From: Candidatus Melainabacteria bacterium 17Bon1m
GTDB lineage: Bacteria; Cyanobacteriota; Vampirovibrionia; Obscuribacterales; Obscuribacteraceae
Reading direction: 5' to 3'
DNA length: 64,000 nt
NCBI GenBank assembly: GCA_032128875.1
Contig: JAVLKG010000002.1
Span: 640,001 to 704,000, forward strand
Numbering within the stretch: position 1 is the first letter of the stretch; every line of letters begins with the position of its first letter. Both the position numbers and the translations under genes were made by a program. The notes beneath the pieces were generated by a model. It was not told the DNA's origin. It saw nothing but the letters and a program-made list of their open reading frames with translations, and did no database searches. Below are positions 21,353-31,363 of the stretch, piece by piece.

Positions 21353-22927
21353 ATGGGTACGGATTTGAAGGAAGCAAAGAGTCAACCAAACCAAGACTCT
21401 ACTAAAAGCGGCGCGCTCGAAGAGCAAATTGCCCGCATCAAGAAAGGTGGAGCTCCCAAATACCACCAGAAGCTGAAGGAAGACAAAAAGCTGTTCGCAC
21501 GCGAGCGCTTGGCACTTCTGCTTGATCCAGGCTTTGAAATTGAAGATGCACGCTTTGCCAATGGACGCGAAGCTGACTTGCCGGCAGACGGCGTTGTGAC
21601 AGGTATTGGACAAATAGAAGGCAAGACTGTTTGCTTCATGGCCAATGACTCGACCGTGAAGGCGGGCTCATGGGGATGGCGCACGGTTGAGAAAATCATC
21701 CGCATTCAAGAGACAGCCGCAAAACTCAGAGTTCCATTGATTTACCTCGTAGACTCAGCTGGTGCACGCATCACCGATCAAATCGAGATGTTCCCGGGAC
21801 GTCGTGGCGCCGGAAAAATCTTCCACAACCAAGTTTCTATGAGCGGAATGATTCCGCAAATCTGCTTGCTATTTGGACCGTCTGCTGCAGGCGGCGCATA
21901 CATCCCAGCATTCTGCGACATTGTCGTCATGGTCGATGGCAACGCTTCGATGTATTTGGGCTCACCCCGAATGGCTGAAATGGTCATCGGAGAGAAGGTG
22001 ACGCTTGAAGAAATGGGTGGCGCGCGCATGCACTGCTCAGTGAGCGGATGCGGAGATGTGCTCGCGAAGACCGAGGAAGAAGCGATTCAGATGTGCAAAG
22101 ACTATTTGCGCTTCATGCCCGCGAACTGCAACGAAAAGGTTGCGCTTCTCCCGTCGCAAGAACCAGTCGCTGGAAAGCGCTCTCTCGAAGAAATCATTCC
22201 CGAGAAAGAAAGCGTTCCTTTCGATGTTTACGAAGCAATCGATACTCTCATCGATGCAGGCACTTTCTTCGAAATCAAGAAATTGTTTGCTGCCGAGCTG
22301 GTCACAGGCTTCGCTAGAATTGGCGGTCGCGCAGTAGGTATTCTCGCCAACCAACCGAAGGTAAAGGGCGGTGTCTTGTTCGTCGATTCATCGGACAAAG
22401 CGGCGCGTTTCATCTGGTTGTGCAACGCATTCAACATTCCTCTGCTATTCCTCGCTGATGTTCCAGGCTTCATGATTGGAACAAAAGTTGAGCGCGCAGG
22501 CATGATTCGCTCAGGCGCAAAGATGATCTCTGCTGTTTCTTCCGCAGACGTTCCGAAGATTTCGGTCATCCTGAGAAAGGCATATGGTGCGGGTCTCTAC
22601 GCAATGTGCGGACCAGCATTCGAACCGGATGCTTGCCTCGCATTACCGACAGCTTGGATTGCGGTAATGGGTCCGGAAGCTGCCGTAAATGCTGTCTACT
22701 TCAACAAGATTCAAGAACTTCCTGAAGCTGAAAGACCTGCGTTCGTCGAGCAAAAGCGCGCCGAGTACAGAGAAGATGTAGACATCTACAAACTTGCTGC
22801 AGAAATGATTGTTGATGACATGGTTACACCGACAAGTCTTCGTGGTGAGCTGATCAATCGTTTCAATGCCTACGCAACGAAAGAATTGAATCTGCCCAAG
22901 AAGAAGCACAGCGTGTTGCCTGTTTAG
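21353..22927 (+). CDS. Acyl-CoA carboxylase carboxyltransferase (beta) subunit
   Basis: VDSAGARI, GPSAAGGAY, MGGARMH, DVPGFMIG, RKAYGAG, VMGPEAA. Confidence 0.93.
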   Translation: MGTDLKEAKSQPNQDSTKSGALEEQIARIKKGGAPKYHQKLKEDKKLFARERLALLLDPGFEIEDARFANGREADLPADGVVTGIGQIEGKTVCFMANDSTVKAGSWGWRTVEKIIRIQETAAKLRVPLIYLVDSAGARITDQIEMFPGRRGAGKIFHNQVSMSGMIPQICLLFGPSAAGGAYIPAFCDIVVMVDGNASMYLGSPRMAEMVIGEKVTLEEMGGARMHCSVSGCGDVLAKTEEEAIQMCKDYLRFMPANCNEKVALLPSQEPVAGKRSLEEIIPEKESVPFDVYEAIDTLIDAGTFFEIKKLFAAELVTGFARIGGRAVGILANQPKVKGGVLFVDSSDKAARFIWLCNAFNIPLLFLADVPGFMIGTKVERAGMIRSGAKMISAVSSADVPKISVILRKAYGAGLYAMCGPAFEPDACLALPTAWIAVMGPEAAVNAVYFNKIQELPEAERPAFVEQKRAEYREDVDIYKLAAEMIVDDMVTPTSLRGELINRFNAYATKELNLPKKKHSVLPV

Positions 22928-22956
22928 TCTGTGGCACTGATCAAATCGCAGAGCTA

Positions 22957-24255
22957 ATGGTTACAGTCAATCCAGGATCTTCATTCCCAGAGCAAGAATA
23001 TGCTCAGCTGGATCGCAATGCGGTCGAGCAGCTTGTTCTGGGAATTGATTCTGAGTCGGTTAGAGAACAACTTGAGAGTGCTGAAGACATCGATGAATTG
23101 GCTTTGCTGCCAATTGCTGAACTTATAATCAAGCTTCTTGTCGAAAAAACAGAGCTTGAAGCAGCACTGGTTACAAATAAGTTTCTAAAGGTAATCATTG
23201 AAAGCCACTCGGTATTTTCCGGAACCATTTGGCAGAATGTGCTCTTTACGGTGATACCATCTGCAGTGGTTCTGGAAAAGTTCGACTATCTCGATGAATT
23301 CATTGATAACGAGCTGGCTGATCCAGTTACACGCAGTGGCATGTTGGCTGTAGCCGCGCATGTATGTTTGTCAAAACATCACTACGATCGCGCAAAAAGT
23401 TATTTGCAGAAAGCGAAACAGGCGGTTGCCGCTGATCCTTTAGTGTCGACCTACTCTATAGACGAACTGATTACCTACGCTGACGCGCAGCAAAGCAGTG
23501 ACAATGCAGACCATTCCTGTGGAGAGCATCATTCTTCAATGCTGCCTGAGACACAGAACGTATTGCGTAAGTGGCAATTAAAACTGGGCGGCAAAGAGCA
23601 GGACGCTCCCTGGTCTAACAAGGACGATCTCGCCTTTCTCTTCCAGCGTTTCCGACCAGACGGCGAAGGAATTGAAGAGTTCTGCGCCGACATGAATTGC
23701 GAAGCAATTGCGCCTCGTCTGCTAGAGATGTTTCGCGCAACTGCAGATAGCTACAAAACCGGAAATTCAGTGGACGCATATTTTGTTGTTCGCGATGTGC
23801 CAAGCTCCTCTGACGAAGAACTTAAGACTCTTGCAATTGCGTACATCGAGAGTTTGAAACAAATAAGTCCAGGTTCTGAGAATGACGAAGCAGATGATGA
23901 TGATGATGAATTTGTTTCGATGGAAACGTATTTTGAATCGACGCCAACTATCGAAATTGCGCGTGGAGAGAAAGCTCCGCTAGAAAGTAGCGACATTGAG
24001 ATTTCCGTCTATCTAGCGCTCAATGATTACTTCGCTTCGTTTGCGCTCAGTAAGGAAGCTTCCTTACTCACTGAAGCTTTGTATACCATGTCGAACAACT
24101 ACAACCTTGCCAATTATGTCTTGTGGCCTATGGTTCAACGAAATCAAGATAAATCGCTGGAAGATCCATACAGCAAATACTTTGAACTATGGCGCCGAGG
24201 TGTGAACCCGTTTTTTGAAGACGATCACAAATGTGTACTCTACACTGTGTCCTGA
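22957..24255 (+). CDS. Acidic hypothetical protein
   Basis: 432-aa ORF directly after the carboxyltransferase; no motif I can name. Confidence 0.7.
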   Translation: MVTVNPGSSFPEQEYAQLDRNAVEQLVLGIDSESVREQLESAEDIDELALLPIAELIIKLLVEKTELEAALVTNKFLKVIIESHSVFSGTIWQNVLFTVIPSAVVLEKFDYLDEFIDNELADPVTRSGMLAVAAHVCLSKHHYDRAKSYLQKAKQAVAADPLVSTYSIDELITYADAQQSSDNADHSCGEHHSSMLPETQNVLRKWQLKLGGKEQDAPWSNKDDLAFLFQRFRPDGEGIEEFCADMNCEAIAPRLLEMFRATADSYKTGNSVDAYFVVRDVPSSSDEELKTLAIAYIESLKQISPGSENDEADDDDDEFVSMETYFESTPTIEIARGEKAPLESSDIEISVYLALNDYFASFALSKEASLLTEALYTMSNNYNLANYVLWPMVQRNQDKSLEDPYSKYFELWRRGVNPFFEDDHKCVLYTVS

Positions 24256-24352
24256 CGCGTAAGCTCTGTGATCATCTACGCGTAATCGTCAGTGCGTAGT
24301 CATGTTATACGCCTAAATTGTTCGCGTGATCTTTTCGCGTGATCTTGTTCTC
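24256..24352. repeat. Degenerate ~13-nt tandem repeat (cgcgtgatc-like) between convergent genes
   Basis: acgcgtaagc / acgcgtaatc / gtgcgtagtc / ttcgcgtgatc / ttcgcgtgatc. Confidence 0.55.
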
Positions 24353-24649
24353 CTAGTCTTCTTTCTCTACTCGTTTTTCAGTCGGGGTCTTCTTTGGACC
24401 CTCTAGAACTTTGCTTTCCTTGACTCGTGCTTTTTCAGCCTTGACTGCAGGTGTTTCTGGCTGCTCTTCCACTTTCTCACCGGCTGGCTTAACCCCGTGG
24501 CATTCTATTTTTGACTGTTCTTGCAGCGCTTTGGCATAGTCTTTCTTTTCTTCTGCATTACCGCATCCGCAAGAGGATTTTGACTCGGTTTCTTTTCCGG
24601 CATCCCCTATTTTCAATTCTTCCATTTCTCGTTCTTCCGTTTTATCCAT
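24353..24649 (-). CDS. Small highly charged hypothetical protein
   Basis: 98-aa E/K-rich ORF with CGCG; GAGG upstream of the ATG. Confidence 0.6.
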   Translation of the reverse strand: MDKTEEREMEELKIGDAGKETESKSSCGCGNAEEKKDYAKALQEQSKIECHGVKPAGEKVEEQPETPAVKAEKARVKESKVLEGPKKTPTEKRVEKED

Positions 24650-25101
24650 GCTTTACTGCCTCATCTATTCACTGCTCTCAATACTGGTTGGAACGACTGA
24701 AATCAAACCCTGGAATTCGCTCCAATCTAGTAGGGCAGCCCGTGCGGCTAAAGGTTCCAGACCATTGCCCTCCAAGCCCTTAAGGATTCCTGAATGCCCC
24801 AACTGGTGGGATTATGAGGAATTGGTGAATTTGTAACAATGTTGTCAAGAAAAGTGGTAACTTGGGCGCATAGAGAACAAATCGGATCGAGACGACGAAA
24901 GTGCAAACCACAATCCGCAGTTACAGCAGACGAATAAGAACAAGAGTGAAAGCTTTGAGCTTGAAGCTGTAATCCAGTCTCAATTCCTTTTGGGTTCTAT
25001 GAACTCATGCCCTAAATACAATTGCTCCGGCGCAACGAATGCGCCGGACGGCGGATGTCATCGAGAGTCGATGGCATCGCGCAAACTTGGAGATTCTAAA
25101 A

Positions 25102-26025
25102 ATGGATAATAGTGCACATAAAGCGATAGGTACGATGGTAGGTGGCTTGGTCGTCACCGGCGTTGTTCTAGCAATTCCATTGTTCACTGGTTTTTGGGTA
25201 TCTGTTGATGCTGGCCACGTAGGCGTTCTGAAAACAATGGGTGCTGTTAACTCGCAAGAGCTACCTCCCGGTTTTCACTTTAAGACGCCCCTGATGGATG
25301 ACGTGGTTCAACTCGATACGAGATTGAAATCGTTTGAAGTAAGAGCAGCAGCAGCATCTAAAGACTTGCAGACTATTGAAACGACAATTTCTGTTCAACA
25401 CAGTATTTCCCCAACAATGGCAGCCGAATGCTATCAAACTGTCGGTGATCTCGACAAGATCGACTTGACGGTAGTAGCGCCGGCGGTGCAAGAAAGTTTA
25501 AAAGCTATTACTGCTAAATACACTGCCGAAGAGCTAGTTACGAAACGCGAACAGGTAAAGCAACTGGTCACAGACGCAATTAGGGCCTACATCGGACATA
25601 CGCTATCTGAAAAGAAATTGGATGGTGCTGTGAGTGTAGCCAACGTTGCGATCACTGATTTTGATTTCTCGAAGGAGTTCAACCTGTCAATCGAAGCCAA
25701 AGTAAAAGCTGAACAACAAGCTTTGCAAGCTAAGAATGAAAAGGAAAGACGAATCACGGAAGCTGAAGCAGCAGCAAGAGAAAAAGAGTTGGCGGCAGAC
25801 GCTGCAGCCTATCAAATTAAGAAGGAAAGTATTGAACGAGCCGCAGCTATCCAACGTGAAGCCAACGCCCTTTCACAAAATCCCAACCTTGTAGGTCTGA
25901 GAGCTGTTGAAAAATGGGACGGCGAATTGCCAACATTCTCTGGTGGTGGACCTATGCCTTTTATCAGCTTGCCGACACCTGAAAGACGACACGTAGCAGA
26001 CAGCAAGACCAAACAAGTCCACTAA
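25102..26025 (+). CDS. SPFH/prohibitin family protein
   Basis: TM anchor, GHVGV, PGFHFKTP, ASKDLQ, YTAEELVTKR, IEAKVKAEQ, EKWDGELP; GGAG upstream of ATG 25102. Confidence 0.93.
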   Translation: MDNSAHKAIGTMVGGLVVTGVVLAIPLFTGFWVSVDAGHVGVLKTMGAVNSQELPPGFHFKTPLMDDVVQLDTRLKSFEVRAAAASKDLQTIETTISVQHSISPTMAAECYQTVGDLDKIDLTVVAPAVQESLKAITAKYTAEELVTKREQVKQLVTDAIRAYIGHTLSEKKLDGAVSVANVAITDFDFSKEFNLSIEAKVKAEQQALQAKNEKERRITEAEAAAREKELAADAAAYQIKKESIERAAAIQREANALSQNPNLVGLRAVEKWDGELPTFSGGGPMPFISLPTPERRHVADSKTKQVH

Positions 26026-26071
26026 TAGTTTCAACGAAACGCAAACCCAAAGACATACCTGAGAGGGCAAA

Positions 26072-26095
26072 CGGAGCAGTCGAAAGGCTGCTCTG
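26072..26095. terminator. GAAA-loop hairpin between convergent genes (likely terminator)
   Basis: cggagcagtc-gaaa-ggctgctctg; no clear U-tract. Confidence 0.5.
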
Positions 26096-26120
26096 TAATA
26101 TGAGCGCCTTCTTTTGCAAT

Positions 26121-26525
26121 TTAATTTAGTTTGCCTTCTCGGCCTTTGACTGTTCGATTGCGCATTACGCGTTCGTTAATTACGTTCATTCGAGCTTTAT
26201 TTCCAAAATAGAAGTCGAGAATGTCGTCGATGGCCTCTTGCGCGCTTTGCCAAACGTTTTTAAAATCTCCTTCCCCCATAACTGGAACATGTTCTTGATT
26301 CAGTACGACCCATCCTTCCTTTGTGTGTCGCAGCAAGACCTCTGGTGCGTCAATTTGCATATCACCAATGGCACCGTTGTAACCTTCCACGCTGTTTCCA
26401 TGTACCGCTGAAGGCTTGGCGATCCACACGCCCTCAGCTAGAACATGACCAGACGGAAATGGGTCAGACACATATAAATCCTGAGCACGCAGTTGTTGTA
26501 AGTATTTTTCGTCTATCTTGGACAT
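26121..26525 (-). CDS. Small hypothetical protein, candidate immunity partner
   Basis: 134 aa, 33 nt downstream of the protease-tipped gene on the same strand. Confidence 0.6.
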   Translation of the reverse strand: MSKIDEKYLQQLRAQDLYVSDPFPSGHVLAEGVWIAKPSAVHGNSVEGYNGAIGDMQIDAPEVLLRHTKEGWVVLNQEHVPVMGEGDFKNVWQSAQEAIDDILDFYFGNKARMNVINERVMRNRTVKGREGKLN

Positions 26526-26558
26526 GTTTTTCTCTCACTACCAAATGATTATATTGAA

Positions 26559-28877
26559 CTACCTCTGCATGTATTGGGTAGTCCAAACTCGGTTAAACTC
26601 GTCGATATCCATTTCGTATTTCGTACCTTCGTAAGTATCATGAATTCGCAGTCTACCAGTTGATTCGTTCTTGAGCTGGACCATCAGCAAATGCCAATCC
26701 TCTCCATCGTATAACTTAGCAGCCCAAGGACCTCTTTTGCACTCACCTTCAATTGCTGCTTTCATTTGGTCTAGAGGGACGCTAAGTGCCTTGCCATTAA
26801 TATGCTCAGCTAAATCACGCATCGCTGCCCTTGGAGGAAATAGTTTGATCAATGTTTCTTCATCGATGTTTCTATCTGATAGAAGTGCTGCTACCGCATT
26901 GCCGCACGACTCGTTTGTGATTTGGCGCGGTAAATTTTTGGAAAAGACTTCTCCCACTGCTTTCCATAAAAAAGGTCGACGTGGGGTTTCGCCTTTGAGT
27001 CTTAGTCGGCGACAGTCCTCCGGACCCGCCCATTCAGCTTTGTCGTTTTTAAGTAACTCCTCAGTATACGCAATGTCTTCCTCAGGAATATCCCAGGGCG
27101 GAGGACCATCTCCAAACAATGGTTGATCGCGTTCGTTACCTAGATTGTCACTTCCTGTTTTTGACTTTTCATTTTCGGTCTTTTTTCCACCAGCTCTTTC
27201 CCCTGCAGATTCGTTGTGATATTCACTCCTTGCATACTGAAGTTTGCCTCTTTCATCTCTGCTGATTTGATTTGTGATGGCAGTGACTGATTTCTGAGTT
27301 CGATCAGTTGAGGTTTCTAATTCCTTGCTTGTATTTTGCACAACTTCCAAAGCGTCATTATTTTTGATCGTTCCTTTACGCGTGATCGCATAATCAGCTT
27401 TATTTGCATCGTTGAAATTAGTCAGGCACTCGGTGAATTTCTGAGCTAAAGTCCGTAAAGATTGTTGGTTTTCGGCTAAGCCCCTGAATAACTCTGCATG
27501 ATGTTCCAAGTTTTTTGCAACTGTGTTTGCGACTGCGGTTGCAGGGGTTAAATTTTCTCCGACCCTAGTGACGTTCACTCCCTGCACAAGCTCGCGCAAT
27601 GCTGAAGTTTCTTCGACTGCTTTGGTCAATGAGCCAACAAGCTCATTTTCCCCAATCTTTGCGGCACTTCCTAGTCCGGCACTATCTATAAGAATTACGA
27701 TGTTTAAAACCGCTTCCGTAGCAATCGCACTCTGTGTTTCAGGATCGGCAGTAGCAAATTTTTCAATCTCGTGACTGATCTTTTCCGGTAACGCCTTTGC
27801 TAACGCGCGTGTCATTGCCGCACCATTGGGATCGTATTCAATACCAAAAAGTGGTGAGGTTGGATTGAATGTAGTACTAAGTTGATTAATCACACGTGCT
27901 GTTGTCAGCGTTCCTTCTACTGTCTTGTGAAGCATCTCGGTTGCTTCTTTATCAGGATAAAGATCGGGACAAAGTCTTGCCAATGGCGTGGATTCATAAT
28001 TCGCCGCTCCAGCCATTCGTACTGCATTGCCAACGCCGGCCATTGTATTAACAACGAAGTTTAGCGTGCCGTGGACTATCCCAACCCCGCGCTTTAATTC
28101 GTTAATTTCTGCACGAACGAGTGCTCTGAGAATCTCTTGTTTCAGATCTCCGGTGGGACTCTCGTGTTTTTTGCTAGTTCTTTCGTTTATTTCCTGTTGA
28201 AACTCGAGTTGTGCAAAGGAGTCAATTGGTTCCGTGCTCTCTCCGAGTTCTTTGCTGGCAGCCCTCATTTCTTGGAGATACGAGGCTAGTTGTCTTTTCT
28301 CGATAGGTAAGTCAGGATCCGATTTTATTGATTCAAGGATCTTCGTATCAACTCCATGTTTCCCCGGCTCCCGTGACAACTCGTTTGGTCCCACAGTGTC
28401 ATCGTTCTGCCGTTGCTGACCGAACTCACCTCGACTGAACCATTTGTCTACTTCTTTTTGAATGCTTCTTTTCTCTTCTTCAGTTTTTGCGCTGTTGAGT
28501 CTCTCCAAGAATCTTGAGGCGCTGAGTTCTCCCCTTTGAGCTAATGCTTGCAGCTCTTCGTTACTAATGGATTTTTTGTTTGCCTCGTATCTTTCAATGT
28601 CCTTTTCTGTCCCACCTTTCTGTCGTGATACAGACATCTTTTCATGTCCGTGTTCATCCCGAATTACGACCTCAATACTCTCACCGTGGCCGCCCGCTGA
28701 TCCGTCGTGCCGGTTCTTGTTTGAATCAAGAGCTTTATTCCGTTCTTCTTTTGAACTCTCCCTTGCTTGTATTGCATCCTCTGAATGCTCAAGATGATCT
28801 TTCGGCTTTTCGTTGAATTCAACTTTGCCTTTGAGCAGCAATTTCTCTTGGTCGTGATTGCCTTTGTTTTGTGACAT
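26559..28877 (-). CDS. Large signal-less protein with C-terminal C39/papain-like peptidase domain (polymorphic-toxin-like)
   Basis: RQITNESCG (Q..C), WHLLMV (H), RIHDTYEG (D) at the C-terminus; central hydrophobic/helical region. Confidence 0.65.
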   Translation of the reverse strand: MSQNKGNHDQEKLLLKGKVEFNEKPKDHLEHSEDAIQARESSKEERNKALDSNKNRHDGSAGGHGESIEVVIRDEHGHEKMSVSRQKGGTEKDIERYEANKKSISNEELQALAQRGELSASRFLERLNSAKTEEEKRSIQKEVDKWFSRGEFGQQRQNDDTVGPNELSREPGKHGVDTKILESIKSDPDLPIEKRQLASYLQEMRAASKELGESTEPIDSFAQLEFQQEINERTSKKHESPTGDLKQEILRALVRAEINELKRGVGIVHGTLNFVVNTMAGVGNAVRMAGAANYESTPLARLCPDLYPDKEATEMLHKTVEGTLTTARVINQLSTTFNPTSPLFGIEYDPNGAAMTRALAKALPEKISHEIEKFATADPETQSAIATEAVLNIVILIDSAGLGSAAKIGENELVGSLTKAVEETSALRELVQGVNVTRVGENLTPATAVANTVAKNLEHHAELFRGLAENQQSLRTLAQKFTECLTNFNDANKADYAITRKGTIKNNDALEVVQNTSKELETSTDRTQKSVTAITNQISRDERGKLQYARSEYHNESAGERAGGKKTENEKSKTGSDNLGNERDQPLFGDGPPPWDIPEEDIAYTEELLKNDKAEWAGPEDCRRLRLKGETPRRPFLWKAVGEVFSKNLPRQITNESCGNAVAALLSDRNIDEETLIKLFPPRAAMRDLAEHINGKALSVPLDQMKAAIEGECKRGPWAAKLYDGEDWHLLMVQLKNESTGRLRIHDTYEGTKYEMDIDEFNRVWTTQYMQR

Positions 28878-28965
28878 AAAGATGACCTGAAACTACTACA
28901 TTATTCCCAAAACTCGTCCTTCTGATTAGATTACTTAAGCGCGCTGGCAAAAGATCCGGTTCTTA

Positions 28966-29814
28966 TCATTTATAATCCCCCATCAGGTCGTCATCCAGAG
29001 ACTTGATGGCTTTTGATTGCTCTTCCGCGCCCTTCTTATTTCCGACAATTTTGTAAACCTTTAGCAAACCTACATGAGCTTGTCTCATATCAGGAGAATG
29101 CTTCAGAATCTCATTGAAGTCTGCAATTGCTTTTTCATATTGTTTGGTTTCCACATAGGCTTGTGCTCTGTGTTCTAAGAGAGTCCAGTTGGAAAAGTTT
29201 CCTTTTTTGAGGGCGATTATGCGCGAGCTATCTTCAATGACTTTTGGCCAATGCTTCAGCTTGCGTGCTATCTCCAAACGCCGTGATCGCACAATGTCAT
29301 CGTTGGGACGCTTAATTACAAGCAGGTCCAATTCCTTCTCTGCTTGGTCCGCCTTTCCAACCAATCTAAGTATCTTTGCTCTGGACAAACGACAATCAGA
29401 TTCTTGATCTCCTTTTGCAAGTTTGACACCTTGATTTGCACACTCAAGTGCTTCATCATTGCGTTGCAAATCTGCCAAAATTTCCGCTTTCGTCTTCCAG
29501 CTATAAGGATTTTTTGGATTGAGTTTGAGTGCCTTTTCTACGCATGGGAGAGCTTCCTCGACTTCATCCATTCGCTCTAAAATCAGGGCTTTGCATTCCC
29601 AAAAGTATGCTCGTTTTGGGTCAAGCCTGATTGCCTGGTTGATGTGCTGGAGAGATGCTTCACGCGTTGATAGGTTTTCAAACTCAATCATTGCTCTCTG
29701 TCGTAGTTGCTCTGCTTTATCATCAGCGGCATACGTTAGAGGTGTTTGCAACAACAAAGTTGCAGCGATTGCTAATGCCAGTTTTGTCTTCAAGTAAATG
29801 TCGTGGCAACGCAT
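28966..29814 (-). CDS. Exported TPR protein
   Basis: Signal peptide; TPR helices (AIRLDPK, ALKLNPK, RAQAYVETKQYEKAIADF). Confidence 0.85.
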   Translation of the reverse strand: MRCHDIYLKTKLALAIAATLLLQTPLTYAADDKAEQLRQRAMIEFENLSTREASLQHINQAIRLDPKRAYFWECKALILERMDEVEEALPCVEKALKLNPKNPYSWKTKAEILADLQRNDEALECANQGVKLAKGDQESDCRLSRAKILRLVGKADQAEKELDLLVIKRPNDDIVRSRRLEIARKLKHWPKVIEDSSRIIALKKGNFSNWTLLEHRAQAYVETKQYEKAIADFNEILKHSPDMRQAHVGLLKVYKIVGNKKGAEEQSKAIKSLDDDLMGDYK

Positions 29815-29908
29815 AATGGCACTTATAGGCGCTAAGTCCTATATTTTAACTGTAATTCTGTTATCTGTGAAACAATATTCGGGCGTATTTCAAGCTGGAT
29901 GCATACCA

Positions 29909-31267
29909 ATGTCTGAGTTTTTCTTTCGGAATCTCAAAAAGACTTATCCCACCGTTGCTTCTGCAAAGGGAGTGCGAATTACCGACGCCGACGGCCGCAC
30001 ATATCTTGATGCTTGCAGCGGAGCTGTTGTGTCAAACATTGGGCACGGCGTTGCTGAAATAAATGAAGCGATCAATACTCAGCTCAAAAAAGTCGCTTTT
30101 GCGCACACGACGCAGTTTGTATCGGAAGCTGGACTGGAACTAGCGAAGAGGGTGGTGGACTTAACATCGCCAGAATTCAGAAGTGGTGCGCGTACGTATT
30201 TTATGTCCGGCGGTTCAGAGGCTGTGGAAACCGCCATCAAAATGGCGCGTAGTTATTTCGTGCATAGAGGGGAGAATAAGAGAACCATTTGTTTTTCACG
30301 TTGGCAGAGTTATCACGGAAGTACATTTGGTGCGCTTTCTGCGACGGGACATCCAGCTCGTCGTAAGCCCTATATTCCTTTGCTTCGTGAGCCTTCGCAC
30401 GTTGGTGCGGATTATCGTTATAGATGCAAGTGCGGGTTTGGACCTAGTCCTTGTTCAAGTGATGAATGTTCTATCGCTGCGGCAAATGAGTTAGAAGCTG
30501 CGATTATTAGCGCTGGTCCAGAAACTGTAATGGCATTTCTAGCAGAACCAATCGTTGGGGCGACATTGGGAGCTGCCGTTCCTGGTCTTGCTTATTTCCC
30601 TCGAATTCGGGAGATTTGCAATAAATATGGTGTTCTTCTCATCGCAGATGAAGTGATGACTGGTCTCGGCAGAACAGGCACCACATTTGGTATGAATCAC
30701 TTTAATGTGGTACCGGACATGATTGTATTAGGAAAGGGAATGGCTGCTGGATACCAGCCACTAGCAGCGGTGCTTGCTTCCGGCAAAGTTGTTAAAGCTT
30801 TTGAAGATAGCAACGGTATTTTTGAACACGGTTTTACGTACAGTGCTCATCCTGTTTCATGCGCGGCAGGTCTAGCGGCAATTGAATATGTTCTAAAGCA
30901 CAACTTGATTGAAAGAGTTGCGGAAAAGGAATCTGAGTTTTTCAAGCGCGCAGAGAAACTTCTCGAAACCGGAATAATTGGCGACATTAGGGGAAAGGGC
31001 TTCATGATGGGTATCGAGTTCGTGAAAAACCTAGAAACGAAACAACCCTTTCCGGCCAACATTCGAATCTCTCAGTTTGTCGCGCAAGAGGCTATGAAAA
31101 ATGGACTGCTTGTTTATCCAGGTTCTGGCTTCCTAGATGGAGAGCTTGGTGACCATATTATGGTGGCACCACCTTTCACAACAACAGATGAAGAACTCGA
31201 CGAGATGTTTGAACTTCTAGGAGAAACACTGAATAAAGTTGCGCAACACATAGGCGGTGTTACGTAA
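29909..31267 (+). CDS. Class III PLP aminotransferase
   Basis: YLDACSG, SGGSEAVE, SYHG, LIADEVMTGLGRTG, LGKG, HGFTYSAHP. Confidence 0.93.
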   Translation: MSEFFFRNLKKTYPTVASAKGVRITDADGRTYLDACSGAVVSNIGHGVAEINEAINTQLKKVAFAHTTQFVSEAGLELAKRVVDLTSPEFRSGARTYFMSGGSEAVETAIKMARSYFVHRGENKRTICFSRWQSYHGSTFGALSATGHPARRKPYIPLLREPSHVGADYRYRCKCGFGPSPCSSDECSIAAANELEAAIISAGPETVMAFLAEPIVGATLGAAVPGLAYFPRIREICNKYGVLLIADEVMTGLGRTGTTFGMNHFNVVPDMIVLGKGMAAGYQPLAAVLASGKVVKAFEDSNGIFEHGFTYSAHPVSCAAGLAAIEYVLKHNLIERVAEKESEFFKRAEKLLETGIIGDIRGKGFMMGIEFVKNLETKQPFPANIRISQFVAQEAMKNGLLVYPGSGFLDGELGDHIMVAPPFTTTDEELDEMFELLGETLNKVAQHIGGVT

Positions 31268-31297
31268 CGCTAGTGCCTTCAGTTTAGGTTTGAGAGA

Positions 31298-31353
31298 GAA
31301 CCGGGCGATGCATGGCATCGCCCCATGCGTTTGCATATGGCATCGCCCGGTTC
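31298..31353. repeat. REP-like palindromic element between convergent genes
   Basis: 14-bp outer inverted repeat gaaccgggcgatgc...gcatcgcccggttc with inner hairpin gggcgatgc-atg-gcatcgccc. Confidence 0.7.
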
Positions 31354-31363
31354 CATTCGCGTT

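Noticed and set aside
24725-24775. Possible fluoride riboswitch on the minus strand (GGCAATGG...CCTAC)
   Set aside because: Lacks the conserved GCTRATGAC segment, and the downstream gene is unrelated to fluoride
29909-31267. Calling the class III aminotransferase argD or bioA
   Set aside because: Not in the arg transcription unit; the motifs (HGFTYSAHP) fit the broader omega-amine subgroup and the substrate cannot be assigned by eye
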